Positions 10,320 to 20,803 of a stretch of 64,000 nucleotides of DNA are shown piece after piece (position 1 is the stretch's first letter; every line of letters begins with the position of its first letter). The stretch spans positions 8,798 to 72,797 of the forward strand of contig JANLPZ010000142.1 in assembly GCA_031367535.1 (NCBI GenBank), written 5' to 3'. A program made the translations under genes and the position numbers. The notes under the pieces are model-generated. The model was not told the origin of the DNA, did no database searches, and saw only the letters and a list, made by a program, of their open reading frames with translations. This DNA is from Gemmatimonadaceae bacterium. Its GTDB lineage: Bacteria; Gemmatimonadota; Gemmatimonadetes; Gemmatimonadales; Gemmatimonadaceae.

Positions 10320-11485
10320 CGGGGCGTGTGGCGGTGATCGTGCTCGATGGCGTGGGATGCGGCGCGGCGTCTGATGCCGGTGCGTACGGCGATGTGGGCA
10401 GCAACACCCTCGGTCATGTGCTCGAGCAGAGCCCGTCGCTGGCCCTGCCGGCGATGGAGCGACTTGGCCTGGGACATGTCGGTGTCCTGCGCGGTGTCCG
10501 TGCGGTGCCTGCGCCGACCGGCGTCGTGACTGTGCTCGAGCCGATGAGCGCCGGCAAGGATTCGACGACCGGGCACTGGGAGATTGCCGGTGTCGTACTT
10601 GATCAGCCGTTTCCGACGTTTCCGCACGGCTTTCCGAGCGACGTGCTGGACGCATTTGCTCGCGCCACGGGCCGCGCCGTGATCGGCAATTGCGTCGCCA
10701 GCGGCACAGCGATCCTCGATGCGCTGGGTGCGGAGCATGTCGCAACCGGCGCCTGGATCGTGTACACCTCCGCTGACTCGGTTTTTCAGATTGCGGCACA
10801 TGAGGGCGTCGTACCGCTCGATGAGTTGTATCGCGCGTGTGATCTGGCGCGTGCGATGCTCGTCGCGCCGCACAATGTGTCGCGCGTGATTGCGCGACCG
10901 TTCGTCGGCGAACATGGCGTGTGGCAGCGCACGGCGAACCGTCGCGATTATTCGCTGGCGCCGATTGCCGACACGCTGCTCGATGCGCTGGCGGCCGCCG
11001 GCGTGTCGCGCACCGGTGTCGGCAAAGTCGATGACCTGTTCGCGTCACGCGCGATCACATCGACGCACACGGTCAACAACGCCGAGGGGATCGAACTGAT
11101 CCAGCACTGGCTCGATTCGGCCGACGATGGTTTCCTGTTCGCAAATCTGGTGGACTTCGATCAGTCGTTCGGACATCGCAACGACGTGCCTGGTTTCGCT
11201 GGCGCACTGGCGGAGTTCGACCTGGCGCTGCCGTCGCTGCTCGGTGCATTGCGACGCGACGATCTGTTGTTCATTACCGCCGATCACGGCAACGATCCGA
11301 CGACACCGACCACCGATCATGCGCGTGAGCGTGTGCCGCTGCTCGTGGCCGGGCCATCGGTGACGCCCGGTGTTCTGCCTCCACGTCAGACTTTTGCCGA
11401 TCTGGGTGCAACCGTCGCCGATGCTTTTGGACTGTCATGGCGCGGGCGTGGCACGAGTTTTCTCGCGCGGCTGTCGGCCGCATGA
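10316..11485 (+). CDS. deoB: Phosphopentomutase
   Basis: [20 protein letters not shown] and TADHGNDPT metalloenzyme motifs. GTGA overlap with alr. Confidence 0.85.
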   Translation: MTGRVAVIVLDGVGCGAASDAGAYGDVGSNTLGHVLEQSPSLALPAMERLGLGHVGVLRGVRAVPAPTGVVTVLEPMSAGKDSTTGHWEIAGVVLDQPFPTFPHGFPSDVLDAFARATGRAVIGNCVASGTAILDALGAEHVATGAWIVYTSADSVFQIAAHEGVVPLDELYRACDLARAMLVAPHNVSRVIARPFVGEHGVWQRTANRRDYSLAPIADTLLDALAAAGVSRTGVGKVDDLFASRAITSTHTVNNAEGIELIQHWLDSADDGFLFANLVDFDQSFGHRNDVPGFAGALAEFDLALPSLLGALRRDDLLFITADHGNDPTTPTTDHARERVPLLVAGPSVTPGVLPPRQTFADLGATVADAFGLSWRGRGTSFLARLSAA

Positions 11486-11889
11486 GCGGCGACGTGACGG
11501 GTGAACTCGAGCGCGAGGCGGACGCGGTGATGCGGCGAGCGTATGCACCGTACTCGAACTTTCGCGTCGGTGCGGCGTTGCGTGGTGCGGACGGCAGCGT
11601 GCACGCGGGGTGCAACGTCGAGAACTCATCGTACCCGGCCGGCATCTGTGCCGAACGCACCGCGGTGTCGCGTGCGGTTGCCGATGGCGTGCGGACGTTC
11701 ACGGAGATGGTGATCTGTACGGAGGCTGCTGTGCCGACACCTCCCTGCGGCATCTGCCGGCAGGTGTTGCACGAGTTTGCCCCGATGCTCGAGATCACAA
11801 GTATCACGACCGGCGGTGCGCGACAGACCTGGCGTCTCGACGCACTGCTTCCCGCTGCATTCGCGGCGAATCTGATGGCCGTATCCTAA
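11482..11889 (+). CDS. cdd: Cytidine deaminase
   Basis: Zinc motifs CAERTAV and PCGICRQ. ATGA overlap with the deoB stop supports the internal start at 11482. Confidence 0.85.
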   Translation: MSGDVTGELEREADAVMRRAYAPYSNFRVGAALRGADGSVHAGCNVENSSYPAGICAERTAVSRAVADGVRTFTEMVICTEAAVPTPPCGICRQVLHEFAPMLEITSITTGGARQTWRLDALLPAAFAANLMAVS

Positions 11890-11922
11890 CGGCGATCCCT
11901 CGCCTCACTCCGTCCAGTTTCC

Positions 11923-13290
11923 GTGTCTCCTCGCCAGTTTCTCCGCTGCCTGCCGTTCGCTGCGATCGTCATCGCGGCTGCGTGTTCGGAACGTCTCGAT
12001 ACGAGCAAGAACTGTCCGCTGCTCTGCGCCGACAATACGCTTGTGTTCAAGGACACCACGATCGACGTCGTCACGTTCGATTCCGCCTTTCCGGGATTCA
12101 CGAATGTCGGCGAGCGGTGGCCCGCGCCGGGTCTCGCCACGTCGAATGGCGTGGGCTACCTCTACGAAACGTTCGTGCCGGTCGTGAGTCGCGGCGACTC
12201 GGTGGATATTCGTCAGGTCTTCCGCTTCGACACGCTGCCGCGCACGCTGTCGTCGTCGGACACTACCGCGATCACGGCCGTCACGGACAGCAAGTTGCTG
12301 CTGGTTCTCGACACGTCACGCACGACGATCCCGGTATCCGGCACGACCGTTTCGCTGTACGACATCGACGACTCCACCGTCACCGATGACACCTCGGCGA
12401 CGATTCTCGGTGCACGTTTCACCGCGAACCGGCTGATCGCATCCCGCACGTTCACGCGCACTGAAGCGTTTGCGGACACCATCAACGGCTTCGGCAGCCA
12501 ACCGACGATCCGCGCGTTCGCCGTGACGATCCCCGACTCGGTCATGCTCAAGTACATCAAGGGCCCGCACCGTCTTCGCATCGGCATGCGTATCACGTCG
12601 GCGGCGTCGTCCGCGCTGCGGTTCGTGGCACCGAGCGTGAATTCGGATGGCCTCGTGCCGCGCCTGACGTATGATCCGTCACCGGATACGGCGATCAAGG
12701 CGTGGGCCGTCTCGACGCAATACAACGGCAGCGTCACGGAGCCGTCGCGCTTGCGCGCGCAGTCACTCGTCCTGCGCGACCGGACGACGATGCAGAACGA
12801 CGGTTCACTGGAAGTCGGCGGACTGGTTGCCGTGCGCAGCCTGATCAAGGTGAAGGTGCCTCGCAGCTTCCTCGACACCATCACCATCGTCCGTGCGTCG
12901 CTCGATCTGACGCAACGACCATTGCGCACTGTGCCTGGCGCCGGCGATGGCGTACGGGTGCGCGCGCGCGTGGCGATCGCCGGTCCGGCGCTTGGTACCG
13001 ATCCGAGACGATTGGTCGAGTTCCTCGATCCGACGCTGGAAGGCGTGGCGCTGCCGTCACTGAGCATCGTGCCGCGCGACAGTGGTGTTCGATCGTTCGA
13101 TGTCGGCGCGGCCCTGCGGTTGTGGATCACGCAGGACAGCACGCTGCCGACCGGCTTTGTGATGTACTCGGAAGGCGAAGGCTTTCAGGAGCAGCGGCCC
13201 GCGTTCTTCTCATCGCGCGCGGCAAATCCCGCGATAAGACCGAAGCTCCGCATTTCGTATGTGACCCGTCGTGAGGGAGCGATTCCATGA
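11923..13290 (+). CDS. Hypothetical lipoprotein (455 aa)
   Basis: Signal peptide plus lipobox (AIVIAAAC). Beta-rich, Ser/Thr/Asp-rich composition. ATGA overlap with the following barrel gene. I recognise no family. Confidence 0.5.
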   Translation: MSPRQFLRCLPFAAIVIAAACSERLDTSKNCPLLCADNTLVFKDTTIDVVTFDSAFPGFTNVGERWPAPGLATSNGVGYLYETFVPVVSRGDSVDIRQVFRFDTLPRTLSSSDTTAITAVTDSKLLLVLDTSRTTIPVSGTTVSLYDIDDSTVTDDTSATILGARFTANRLIASRTFTRTEAFADTINGFGSQPTIRAFAVTIPDSVMLKYIKGPHRLRIGMRITSAASSALRFVAPSVNSDGLVPRLTYDPSPDTAIKAWAVSTQYNGSVTEPSRLRAQSLVLRDRTTMQNDGSLEVGGLVAVRSLIKVKVPRSFLDTITIVRASLDLTQRPLRTVPGAGDGVRVRARVAIAGPALGTDPRRLVEFLDPTLEGVALPSLSIVPRDSGVRSFDVGAALRLWITQDSTLPTGFVMYSEGEGFQEQRPAFFSSRAANPAIRPKLRISYVTRREGAIP

Positions 13291-14450
13291 CCAGCGCCAA
13301 TGTTCGACGCGCGCTCGCCGCGGCTTCGCTGCTGTGTGCCACTCAGCTCTCCGCGCAGGGCGCCGTTGCGCTGCAGGGGTATGGCTATCCGCCGGGCCAA
13401 TTGACCGTGCGTGCCGCAACCAGCGGTGGCGGCCTCGGTGAGTTCGATCAGGCGGCGTCGCTCAATCCGGCATCGCTGCTGAACTGGGGTGTCGCGGGTG
13501 CCTACGTGCAGTATTCGCCGGAACGTCGCACGACGTCTGTCGCCGGGGTGAATTCCACGGCCACCGTCGCGCGTTTTCCGCTGTTCTCGATCGGTCTTCC
13601 AGCCGGCGCGAAATATTCATTCGGAATTTCGAGCTCCACGCTGCTCGAGCGCAACTATTCGACCACGATCACTGCGCGCCAGGTGATCCGCGCGGACTCC
13701 GTCACCACGACCTCGGCGACGACCGCGCGTGGCGCCGTGAACCTGATTCAGTTCGGCGGTGCGATGCAGGTCACGTCGTGGCTGCGCGTCGGCACGGCGC
13801 TCGGGATTGTGACGGGTGAAAATCGCCTCAAGACGGTGCGGAGCATCGCGGCGGATACCGGTGTGCGCGTCGACACCGTCAGCTACGGCACGATCACGGA
13901 GCAGAGCACCGCAACCTTTGGTGGCAATGCGCTCTCCCTCGGTGTCGAGCTGTTCCCCGCGAAAAAACTGAGCGTCGCCGCATCGGCGCGTATCGGATTC
14001 CGGATGCGCGCGGACTTCAATGACTCGACGGAATTGCGTGGTGATGTGCCGAACCGCGCCGGTGCTGCCGCACGCTGGGAAGTCGGCGGCAGCAACATCG
14101 CCGTGCGCTACAACTGGGAAGGCTGGTCATCGATGAAGGGACTCGGCGGATCCACGGCTGGCGTCTTCGACACGCAGGAGATCGGCCTCGGCGCCGAAGT
14201 CCCAGGTCCGAAAGTGCCCGGTGGCCAGATGTTGATCCGTCTCGGCGTGCGTAATCGCGATCTGCCGTACGGCGTCTCGGGCCGTCAGCCGAAAGAGAAC
14301 ATTTTTGGCGGCGGGCTCGGCTTCCCGATCGGGTTTGGTCGCGCGCAGATCGATCTCGGCCTCGAGCGCGCGTCACGCAAAGTGCCAGGTCTGCCGAGCG
14401 TCAAGGAGAATGGCACGATCGTGTCGTTCGGTTTCCGTCTGCGCACATAG
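13287..14450 (+). CDS. Outer-membrane beta-barrel protein, FadL/PorV-like by N-terminal pattern
   Basis: Signal peptide ending AQG. N-terminal G.G....R..GGG......D.AA.LNPA.LL pattern typical of FadL/OMPP1/PorV-type barrels. Alternating amphipathic strands. C-terminal FGFRLRT. Confidence 0.5.
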   Translation: MTSANVRRALAAASLLCATQLSAQGAVALQGYGYPPGQLTVRAATSGGGLGEFDQAASLNPASLLNWGVAGAYVQYSPERRTTSVAGVNSTATVARFPLFSIGLPAGAKYSFGISSSTLLERNYSTTITARQVIRADSVTTTSATTARGAVNLIQFGGAMQVTSWLRVGTALGIVTGENRLKTVRSIAADTGVRVDTVSYGTITEQSTATFGGNALSLGVELFPAKKLSVAASARIGFRMRADFNDSTELRGDVPNRAGAAARWEVGGSNIAVRYNWEGWSSMKGLGGSTAGVFDTQEIGLGAEVPGPKVPGGQMLIRLGVRNRDLPYGVSGRQPKENIFGGGLGFPIGFGRAQIDLGLERASRKVPGLPSVKENGTIVSFGFRLRT

Positions 14451-14454
14451 CGCA

Positions 14455-15705
14455 GTGGCGGTCCGCGTCTACCTTCGCACGTTCGGCTGTCGCGCGAACC
14501 AGTACGACTCGGAGGCCGTCGCAGCGATGGTCGCGTCCGGCGGCGGCGTGCTGGTGGACACGCCGGAAGACGCGGATGTCGCAGTATTCAACAGCTGCGC
14601 TGTGACGAGTGCGGCGGAGTCCGACCTGCGTCAGCAGGTGCGACGCGCAGCGCGCCGAAAGCCCGACCTGCGCACGGTCGTGATGGGCTGTGCAGCGGCG
14701 CGCTCTTCCGTGCAGATCGCCGCACTGCCGACGGTCCGCAATGTCGTCCCTGGGGCTGACTTCGCCGCCATCAGCGCCGCCATCGGCCTCGAGCCGGGCA
14801 GCGCCACATCACCGCCCGGTGCCCAGCGCGGAACACGCGGGCTGCTGCGAATTCAGGACGGGTGTGATGAACATTGCACCTTCTGCGCGACGACGCTCGC
14901 TCGTGGCGCCAATATCTCGCGACCGGTCGACGCACTGGTCGCGGAGGCCGCACGCCTCGCCGAGAGTCACGCGGAAATTGTGCTGACCGGCATTCATATC
15001 GGAACGTATGGTGCCGATATCGACTCGACGCTCGGCGCGTTACTGTCAAAACTCGTTGATCGCGTGCCCGCGGTACGCTTCAGACTGTCGAGCGTCGAGG
15101 CGACGGAGGTCGATGCGCAGCTCGCCGAGCTGCTCACGGGCGATGCGCATCGCGTCGCACCGTACCTGCACGCGCCGCTGCAGTCCGGCAGCAATGCGGT
15201 CTTGCGTCGCATGGGGCGGCATTGGTATTCCGCCGAGTCGTATGCGGAAGCGGTCGAGCGCCTGGTGGCGCGGTCGACGGTGTTCGGCCTGGGCGCGGAT
15301 GTGATCACCGGTTTCCCTGGCGAAACGGACGCCGATCACGCGGCAACGGTTGCACTCGTCGACCGGTTGCCGTTCACCGGCCTCCATGTCTTTCCGTATT
15401 CCGCGCGCCCGGGCACGTCCGCTGAGCGTCTCGGTGGCGTTGTGGCGGACTCCGTGAGTCGTGCGCGGGCTGCAGAATTGCGGGCAATCGCTGCCAGGAA
15501 ACTGGCGGCGTATTGTGACCGCCGAGCCGGCGGGTTGGCGGACGTGGTGGTGATCGGGCACGACGATGGCCAACGGGACGGGCTGACCGGCGACTATCTT
15601 CAGGTTGACCTGCCTGATCCGGCGCCGCCTCGTGGCGCGCGCGTGACCGCCCGACTGGAACGCATTGCCGGCCACCAGCGCCTGCGCGCGCTTCCGCTTG
15701 CCTGA
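14455..15705 (+). CDS. mtaB: Radical-SAM methylthiotransferase, MtaB-like (ms2t6A)
   Basis: UPF0004 N-domain (RTFGCRANQYDSE). Radical SAM CxxxCxxC (CDEHCTFC). C-terminal TRAM-like region. GTG at 14455 chosen because it lies just after the stop of the upstream gene. Confidence 0.8.
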   Translation: MAVRVYLRTFGCRANQYDSEAVAAMVASGGGVLVDTPEDADVAVFNSCAVTSAAESDLRQQVRRAARRKPDLRTVVMGCAAARSSVQIAALPTVRNVVPGADFAAISAAIGLEPGSATSPPGAQRGTRGLLRIQDGCDEHCTFCATTLARGANISRPVDALVAEAARLAESHAEIVLTGIHIGTYGADIDSTLGALLSKLVDRVPAVRFRLSSVEATEVDAQLAELLTGDAHRVAPYLHAPLQSGSNAVLRRMGRHWYSAESYAEAVERLVARSTVFGLGADVITGFPGETDADHAATVALVDRLPFTGLHVFPYSARPGTSAERLGGVVADSVSRARAAELRAIAARKLAAYCDRRAGGLADVVVIGHDDGQRDGLTGDYLQVDLPDPAPPRGARVTARLERIAGHQRLRALPLA

Positions 15706-15715
15706 CTCCACGCCC

Positions 15716-17050
15716 ATGTCGCCCCGACCAACCGTCTTCATCGAAACGTACGGCTGCCAGATGAACGTCAGCGACACTGAGCTGATGCTCGGCAAAATGG
15801 CGGACGCCGGCTACGACGCGGTCGATGTGCCGGACGGCGCCGATGTAATTCTGCTGAACACGTGTGCAATCCGTGACCACGCCGAGCAGCGTGTCATCGG
15901 GAGACTGGGTGAGCTGAAGCGACATATGAAGCCGGACTCGGTGATGGGCGTCACCGGCTGCATGGCACAGCGTCTTGGACCTCGGCTGCTCGAGTCGGCG
16001 AAACATGTGTCGCTCGTGATCGGGCCGGACGGCTACCGCTCGCTGCCGTCGCTTGTGGAGGGGGCGCGACAGGGTCAACGCGTCGCCGCGACCACGTTCG
16101 ATCTCGAGGAACACTACGAGGATTTCACGCCGCGCCGCTTCGACAAGGTGAAGGCGTGGATCCCGGTACAGCGCGGCTGCGACTACAAATGCACGTACTG
16201 TATCGTGCCGACGACGCGTGGCAGCGAACGCAGTCGCAAGCTGGCGGACGTCGTGCGCGAAACCGAGCAGGTGGTGTCCGAAGGAATCACGGAAGTCGTG
16301 CTGCTTGGCCAGACCGTCAACAGCTATTTCGACGGGACGCATGATTTCGCGGAACTGCTGCGCGCCATTGGCACCGTGCCAGGCATCCGGCGGCTTCGCT
16401 ACACCAGCCCGCATCCGAACGATTTCAGTGATCGCGTGATCGCGGCCATGGCGGAAACGCCGACGGTGTGCGAACACGTGCATCTGCCGATGCAGAGTGG
16501 GTCGACGCGCACGCTCAAGCGCATGCTGCGTCGCTACACGCGCGAAGGGTTCATGGACTGCGTTTCGCGGCTGCGTGCGGCGATTCCGTCGATCGTGCTC
16601 ACCACCGATATCATCGTCGGCTTCCCCGGCGAAACCGACGAGGATTTCGAGGAGACGCTCAGCGCGTGCCGGGAAATCGGATTCATGGACGCGTTCACGT
16701 TCAAGTTTTCGGCGCGCGAAGGTACACCGGCAACACGTATGCCGGAGAGTGAAACGGTCAGCGACGCGGTGGCCGGCGAACGCCTGCAACGCCTCGTGGA
16801 TACCGTGCGTGCGCAGAGCCGGGATGTGAATCTGGGACTGCTCGGCACCCGGCACGAGATTCTCATCGAGAAGCCGGCCAAGCGCGGCGACCTGTTGCAG
16901 GGCCGAACGCGCGACTTCCGCACGATCCTGGTGCCCGGCGATGCGTCGCTGATCGGCACATACATGCACGTCGAAATCACGGGCACCACCGGTCATACCT
17001 TCACCGGTGCGCCGATCGGCACGCGCGCGGCGTTGCCGATGGCGGGCTGA
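15716..17050 (+). CDS. miaB: tRNA-2-methylthio-N6-dimethylallyladenosine synthase MiaB
   Basis: ETYGCQMN N-domain. Radical SAM CDYKCTYC. TRAM domain. The internal ATG at 15716 follows the mtaB stop. Confidence 0.9.
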   Translation: MSPRPTVFIETYGCQMNVSDTELMLGKMADAGYDAVDVPDGADVILLNTCAIRDHAEQRVIGRLGELKRHMKPDSVMGVTGCMAQRLGPRLLESAKHVSLVIGPDGYRSLPSLVEGARQGQRVAATTFDLEEHYEDFTPRRFDKVKAWIPVQRGCDYKCTYCIVPTTRGSERSRKLADVVRETEQVVSEGITEVVLLGQTVNSYFDGTHDFAELLRAIGTVPGIRRLRYTSPHPNDFSDRVIAAMAETPTVCEHVHLPMQSGSTRTLKRMLRRYTREGFMDCVSRLRAAIPSIVLTTDIIVGFPGETDEDFEETLSACREIGFMDAFTFKFSAREGTPATRMPESETVSDAVAGERLQRLVDTVRAQSRDVNLGLLGTRHEILIEKPAKRGDLLQGRTRDFRTILVPGDASLIGTYMHVEITGTTGHTFTGAPIGTRAALPMAG

Positions 17051-17099
17051 CGGAACTCTGCACGCAGCAGGCAAGCCTCAGAACGATTGTGCGTGCGTG

Positions 17100-17136
17100 A
17101 ATCCGGTGGGCGCAATTCGATGCGCCACCGGATTTT
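17100..17136 (+). terminator. Intrinsic-terminator-like hairpin after miaB
   Basis: AATCCGGTGG(G)CGC / loop AATTCGAT / GCGCCACCGGATT, about 13 bp with one bulge, running into TTTT. Confidence 0.5.
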
Positions 17137-17142
17137 GTCGTC

Positions 17143-19407
17143 GTGCCCACGGTCTCCTGGATTCTGCTCTGCACTATCGTCGGCTCCGCAGCCGGCGCAA
17201 CCGACTCGCGACTGGTCGCAGTCGCGTGCACGTGCCTCATCGCACTCGTCTGCGTGCGACTGCGGAAACACGGCGTACTCGCCGTGACCGCCGCATGCGC
17301 GCTTGGCCTCGCCGCTGCGGCGCGCGCCACCGCGGATCGCTGGCGCGACGCACACTGCCGCAGCGCACTCGTACGAAGTCGCGTCGTGGAGTTCGTCGCC
17401 GACTTCGATCTCAATCCGGGGGATGCCGGACCAGCTTTGCTGCAAACACCATCAGCAACCTGCGACGCCAATGGACTGGTCCGGGCCCGCACACCGATCG
17501 AGGGCGGCCGATGGTATCGCACCACCGCGTCGACCGAACCTGGTGAACGCCAGGTCTCCGTCACCGTCGTGACCGCGCAACGACTCGACGCAACGTCGCT
17601 GCGCCCCGCACTGCGCGCCGCCGGCGTCCGACGCGTCGATTCGATTTTCACGTTCGACGCAGCAATGGCGCGGGCGCTGCTCCTCGCGGACATGCACCTC
17701 ATCGCGCCAGACATGCGCACGCGCTGGGCGCGTGCAGGTCTCGTGCACCTGCTCTCCGTCTCCGGCGTGCACGTCGCGATCATTGCTGCCGCTCTTCTCA
17801 TGCTCGGCACCGCCGCTCGTCTGCCACATCGCCACGCGACTGGCGTCGCCCTGTTGATCACCACCAGCTACGTCGTGATACTCGGCTTGCCACCTCCTGC
17901 AGTGCGAGCCGGGGTCATGTTCGGCAGCCTCCTCATTGCGAAGCTCAGGCAACGACCGGCATCACAGTGGTCAGTGCTCACGCTCGGTGCGCTCCTGCCC
18001 ACACTGGTCGATACCGACGCCCCGTTGGATCTGGGCTGGCAACTTTCCGTACTCGGCGTTGTCTCCCTCGCGGCCAGCGGACGCCTCACGCAGCGACTTG
18101 GATGGTGCGGCGGTGGATGGGTGAAGGCGTTGCGTCGCGAACTCGTCACGAGTCTCGTCGCCAGCGCAGCGTCGATGCCGCTGATCGCCTGGTACTTCGG
18201 CACCATCAGCGTCATCGCGCCGGTGGCGAACCTGGCGGCGGCGCCCCTCGTCGCGATGCTGCAGCCGACGTTGTTTCTCGCGCTCGTCTGCGCACCCGTG
18301 CCAGCGCTGGCGCGATTCGTGGCCAGCGCGGCGCATCCGATTTTGGCACTCCTGGATGGCGTTGCCCTTGTCGCGGCCCGACCGGCGTGGGCGGCGGTGA
18401 CTGTCGCGCCCACAGTGGATCAGGTGCTGATCGGTGGCGCAGGAATGTTCGCCCTGTTGGCAGCAATGGTGCTGCGAGATCCGGCGACACCGCTGATCGT
18501 GGCCGCAGTGAGCGGCGCGGCGCTGACGTGGATTGATCTCTTGCCAAGTCGTGGTTCAGGGTTGATGGAATTGCACATGATGGACGTGGGGCAGGGTGAC
18601 GCGCTGGCGATTCGCACGCCACGCGGGCACTGGATTGTCATCGATGCGGGCGGTGGCGCGCCGGGCGTGGATCGAGGACGGCGCGTGGTGCTGCCCTATC
18701 TGCGACAACGCGGCGGACCAGTGGATGCATTTGTGCTCTCGCATCCGCACCTCGATCATGTCGGCGGCGCACCGTCGCTCATCGGTGCGTCACATCCAGC
18801 CCGCTACTTCGACGGCGCGTTCGCGGGAGGCACCGATGCGTATCGCGCGTCTCTCGAAAGCGCCGCGGTGCATAACGTTCGCTGGCAGCGTGTGCACCCC
18901 GGCGACACGACGCGCATCGACGGCGTCCTGCTGCGATTTCTTGCACCGGACTCCACCTGGACCGCGCGTCTCACCGACGCCAATCTGGCAAGCACGATTC
19001 TGCGCATCGAATACGGTGCCGTCTCGATGCTGCTCGTTGGAGACGCCGAACGTCCCGAAGAGGAGTGGTTGCTTGACCACACGCCGCCGGCGCTGCTGAA
19101 GGCGAACGTGCTCAAGGTCGGGCACCATGGCAGCCGCACCAGCTCGAGTCAGGCGTTTCTCGACGCCGTGGCACCGCAACTCGCACTCGTATCAGTCGGT
19201 CGCGGTAACAGTTACGGCTTACCGTCGCCCGACGTCCTCGTGGAGTACGCGCGGCGTCGAATTCCGCTCTTGCGGACGGATGTTGTCGGTACGACTGTCG
19301 TGTTGACGGACGGTCGCAGTCTGACCGTACGTACCGCCGCTCGCCAATGGAGTCTGCCGTTTCCCGCACCCTCGCCTGGTTCCGGACCCATCTCATCGTC
19401 CCCCTGA
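17143..19407 (+). CDS. comEC: DNA internalization competence protein ComEC/Rec2 with C-terminal metallo-beta-lactamase domain
   Basis: Polytopic competence domain ([13 protein letters not shown]). MBL motif [11 protein letters not shown] plus GHHGS. Confidence 0.85.
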   Translation: MPTVSWILLCTIVGSAAGATDSRLVAVACTCLIALVCVRLRKHGVLAVTAACALGLAAAARATADRWRDAHCRSALVRSRVVEFVADFDLNPGDAGPALLQTPSATCDANGLVRARTPIEGGRWYRTTASTEPGERQVSVTVVTAQRLDATSLRPALRAAGVRRVDSIFTFDAAMARALLLADMHLIAPDMRTRWARAGLVHLLSVSGVHVAIIAAALLMLGTAARLPHRHATGVALLITTSYVVILGLPPPAVRAGVMFGSLLIAKLRQRPASQWSVLTLGALLPTLVDTDAPLDLGWQLSVLGVVSLAASGRLTQRLGWCGGGWVKALRRELVTSLVASAASMPLIAWYFGTISVIAPVANLAAAPLVAMLQPTLFLALVCAPVPALARFVASAAHPILALLDGVALVAARPAWAAVTVAPTVDQVLIGGAGMFALLAAMVLRDPATPLIVAAVSGAALTWIDLLPSRGSGLMELHMMDVGQGDALAIRTPRGHWIVIDAGGGAPGVDRGRRVVLPYLRQRGGPVDAFVLSHPHLDHVGGAPSLIGASHPARYFDGAFAGGTDAYRASLESAAVHNVRWQRVHPGDTTRIDGVLLRFLAPDSTWTARLTDANLASTILRIEYGAVSMLLVGDAERPEEEWLLDHTPPALLKANVLKVGHHGSRTSSSQAFLDAVAPQLALVSVGRGNSYGLPSPDVLVEYARRRIPLLRTDVVGTTVVLTDGRSLTVRTAARQWSLPFPAPSPGSGPISSSP

Positions 19408-19421
19408 TCGGGACGCCCGAG

Positions 19422-19775
19422 GTGCTGCCCGACACTCTCGTGTCGCGATGGCCGGAACTTGCAAGTGTGCGTTGGCGTCGAGGCGGGTTTCCGCTTCGGG
19501 TGGGGGGCTGGTGCCTCGGTCAGCGAACCGTGCAGGGCATCACCCTCTGGCAGACCGTCTTTCTCGCGCCGGGCATCGTGTGGGACCCCACGTTACTCTT
19601 GCACGAGCATCGACACGCCGAGCAGTTTGCAAGCTCGGCCGTATTCCCGTTTCTGTATGTATGGGAATCGCTGACACGCGGGTACTCGCGCAACCGCTTC
19701 GAAGCGGATGCCAACGCGTGGGCGGCACGACGCTTCCAACGGCCTCAGCCTACCAACCTTTCTCCGGGCGCGTGA
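19422..19775 (+). CDS. Small DUF4157-like HExxH protein (putative Zn-metallopeptidase-like fold)
   Basis: Pattern [13 protein letters not shown]....[12 protein letters not shown] resembles the DUF4157 signature (G.TLG..I...PG....LLAHEL.HV.Q). The stop overlaps the fbp GTG (GTGA). Start is uncertain (19347, 19422 or 19440). Confidence 0.45.
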   Translation: MLPDTLVSRWPELASVRWRRGGFPLRVGGWCLGQRTVQGITLWQTVFLAPGIVWDPTLLLHEHRHAEQFASSAVFPFLYVWESLTRGYSRNRFEADANAWAARRFQRPQPTNLSPGA

Positions 19776-20803
19776 ACGTGGTCAACCACACCCCCGTTTC
19801 AGTCGTGACGATCGAGCGGTTCATCATCGAGCAGGAGCGCCTCTATCCCGAGGCCAGCGGTGAACTGAGCGGCATTCTGTACGACATCGCGCTCGCCGCG
19901 AAGATGATCTCCAACAAGGTCCGCATGGCGGGACTGGTGGATATCCTCGGCGCGACCGACAACGAAAACGTGCAGGGCGAGACACAACAGAAACTCGATG
20001 TGCTCTCCAACGATATCATGATCAAGGCCATGGATCATGGTGGTCGACTCTGCGCGATGGCGTCGGAGGAAGAACCCGACATCATCCCGATCCCCGATCG
20101 ATTCCGGATGGGGAAGTATGTGCTGATGTTCGATCCGCTCGATGGCTCATCGAACATCGATGTGAATGTGCCCGTCGGAACGATCTTCTCGGTCGTTCGG
20201 AAGATCACCAACGGTCGGCAAGGTGAGCTGGAAGACTTCCTGCAGCCCGGCCGTCGGCAGGTCGCGGCCGGCTACATCATCTACGGTTCCAGCACGATGA
20301 TGGTGTACTCGACAGGTCAGGGCGTGCACGGCTTCACGCTCGATCCGTCGATCGGCGAATTCCTGCTCTCGCATCCGAATATCCGGACGCCGCATCGCGG
20401 GAAGTTCCTGTCCGTGAACGACTCGTATGAGCAGTTCTGGGACGAGCAGGTGAAGGCGCTGATGCGACGCTACCGCGGTCTCGATGGTGTGCAGCAGGCG
20501 CACAGCGTTCGGTATGTGGGCTCGCTGGTGGCCGACTTTCATCGCAACCTGCTCGCCGGTGGTGTGTTCGTGTATCCCGCGAACACGATGTCGCCGCGCG
20601 GCAAGCTGCGGCTGCTCTACGAAGCGAATCCGCTGGCGTTCATCTGCGAGCAGGCCGGCGGTGCCGGATCGGATGGGAAGATCCGCATTCTCGACGTGCA
20701 GCCGACGGAATTGCATCAGCGCACGCCGCTGTATCTCGGCAGCAAGGGTGATGTCGAGACGGCGATTGAAATGCTTGCGCCGCCGGTCGGAGCCACTTTG
20801 TGA
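19772..20803 (+). CDS. fbp: Fructose-1,6-bisphosphatase class 1
   Basis: [10 protein letters not shown] metal site, [11 protein letters not shown] and a typical [11 protein letters not shown]-terminus. The track start at 19448 was trimmed to GTG 19772. Confidence 0.9.
   Translation: MNVVNHTPVSVVTIERFIIEQERLYPEASGELSGILYDIALAAKMISNKVRMAGLVDILGATDNENVQGETQQKLDVLSNDIMIKAMDHGGRLCAMASEEEPDIIPIPDRFRMGKYVLMFDPLDGSSNIDVNVPVGTIFSVVRKITNGRQGELEDFLQPGRRQVAAGYIIYGSSTMMVYSTGQGVHGFTLDPSIGEFLLSHPNIRTPHRGKFLSVNDSYEQFWDEQVKALMRRYRGLDGVQQAHSVRYVGSLVADFHRNLLAGGVFVYPANTMSPRGKLRLLYEANPLAFICEQAGGAGSDGKIRILDVQPTELHQRTPLYLGSKGDVETAIEMLAPPVGATL

Noticed and set aside
15374-17074. 566-aa ORF antisense to miaB. Analogous long antisense ORFs: 6417-7766 (asnS), 23402-24907 (argS), 39046-40521 (metK), 27328-29388 (OMP/ribD), 51532-52995 (secreted hypothetical) and 55774-57060 (TBDR/GDPD).
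   Set aside because: By modular arithmetic on the coordinates, each of these is in the codon-aligned antisense frame of a gene with clear sense-strand motifs. The TTA/CTA/TCA-avoidance explanation given for clpB applies here too. No independent start context, RBS or domain signature supports them.
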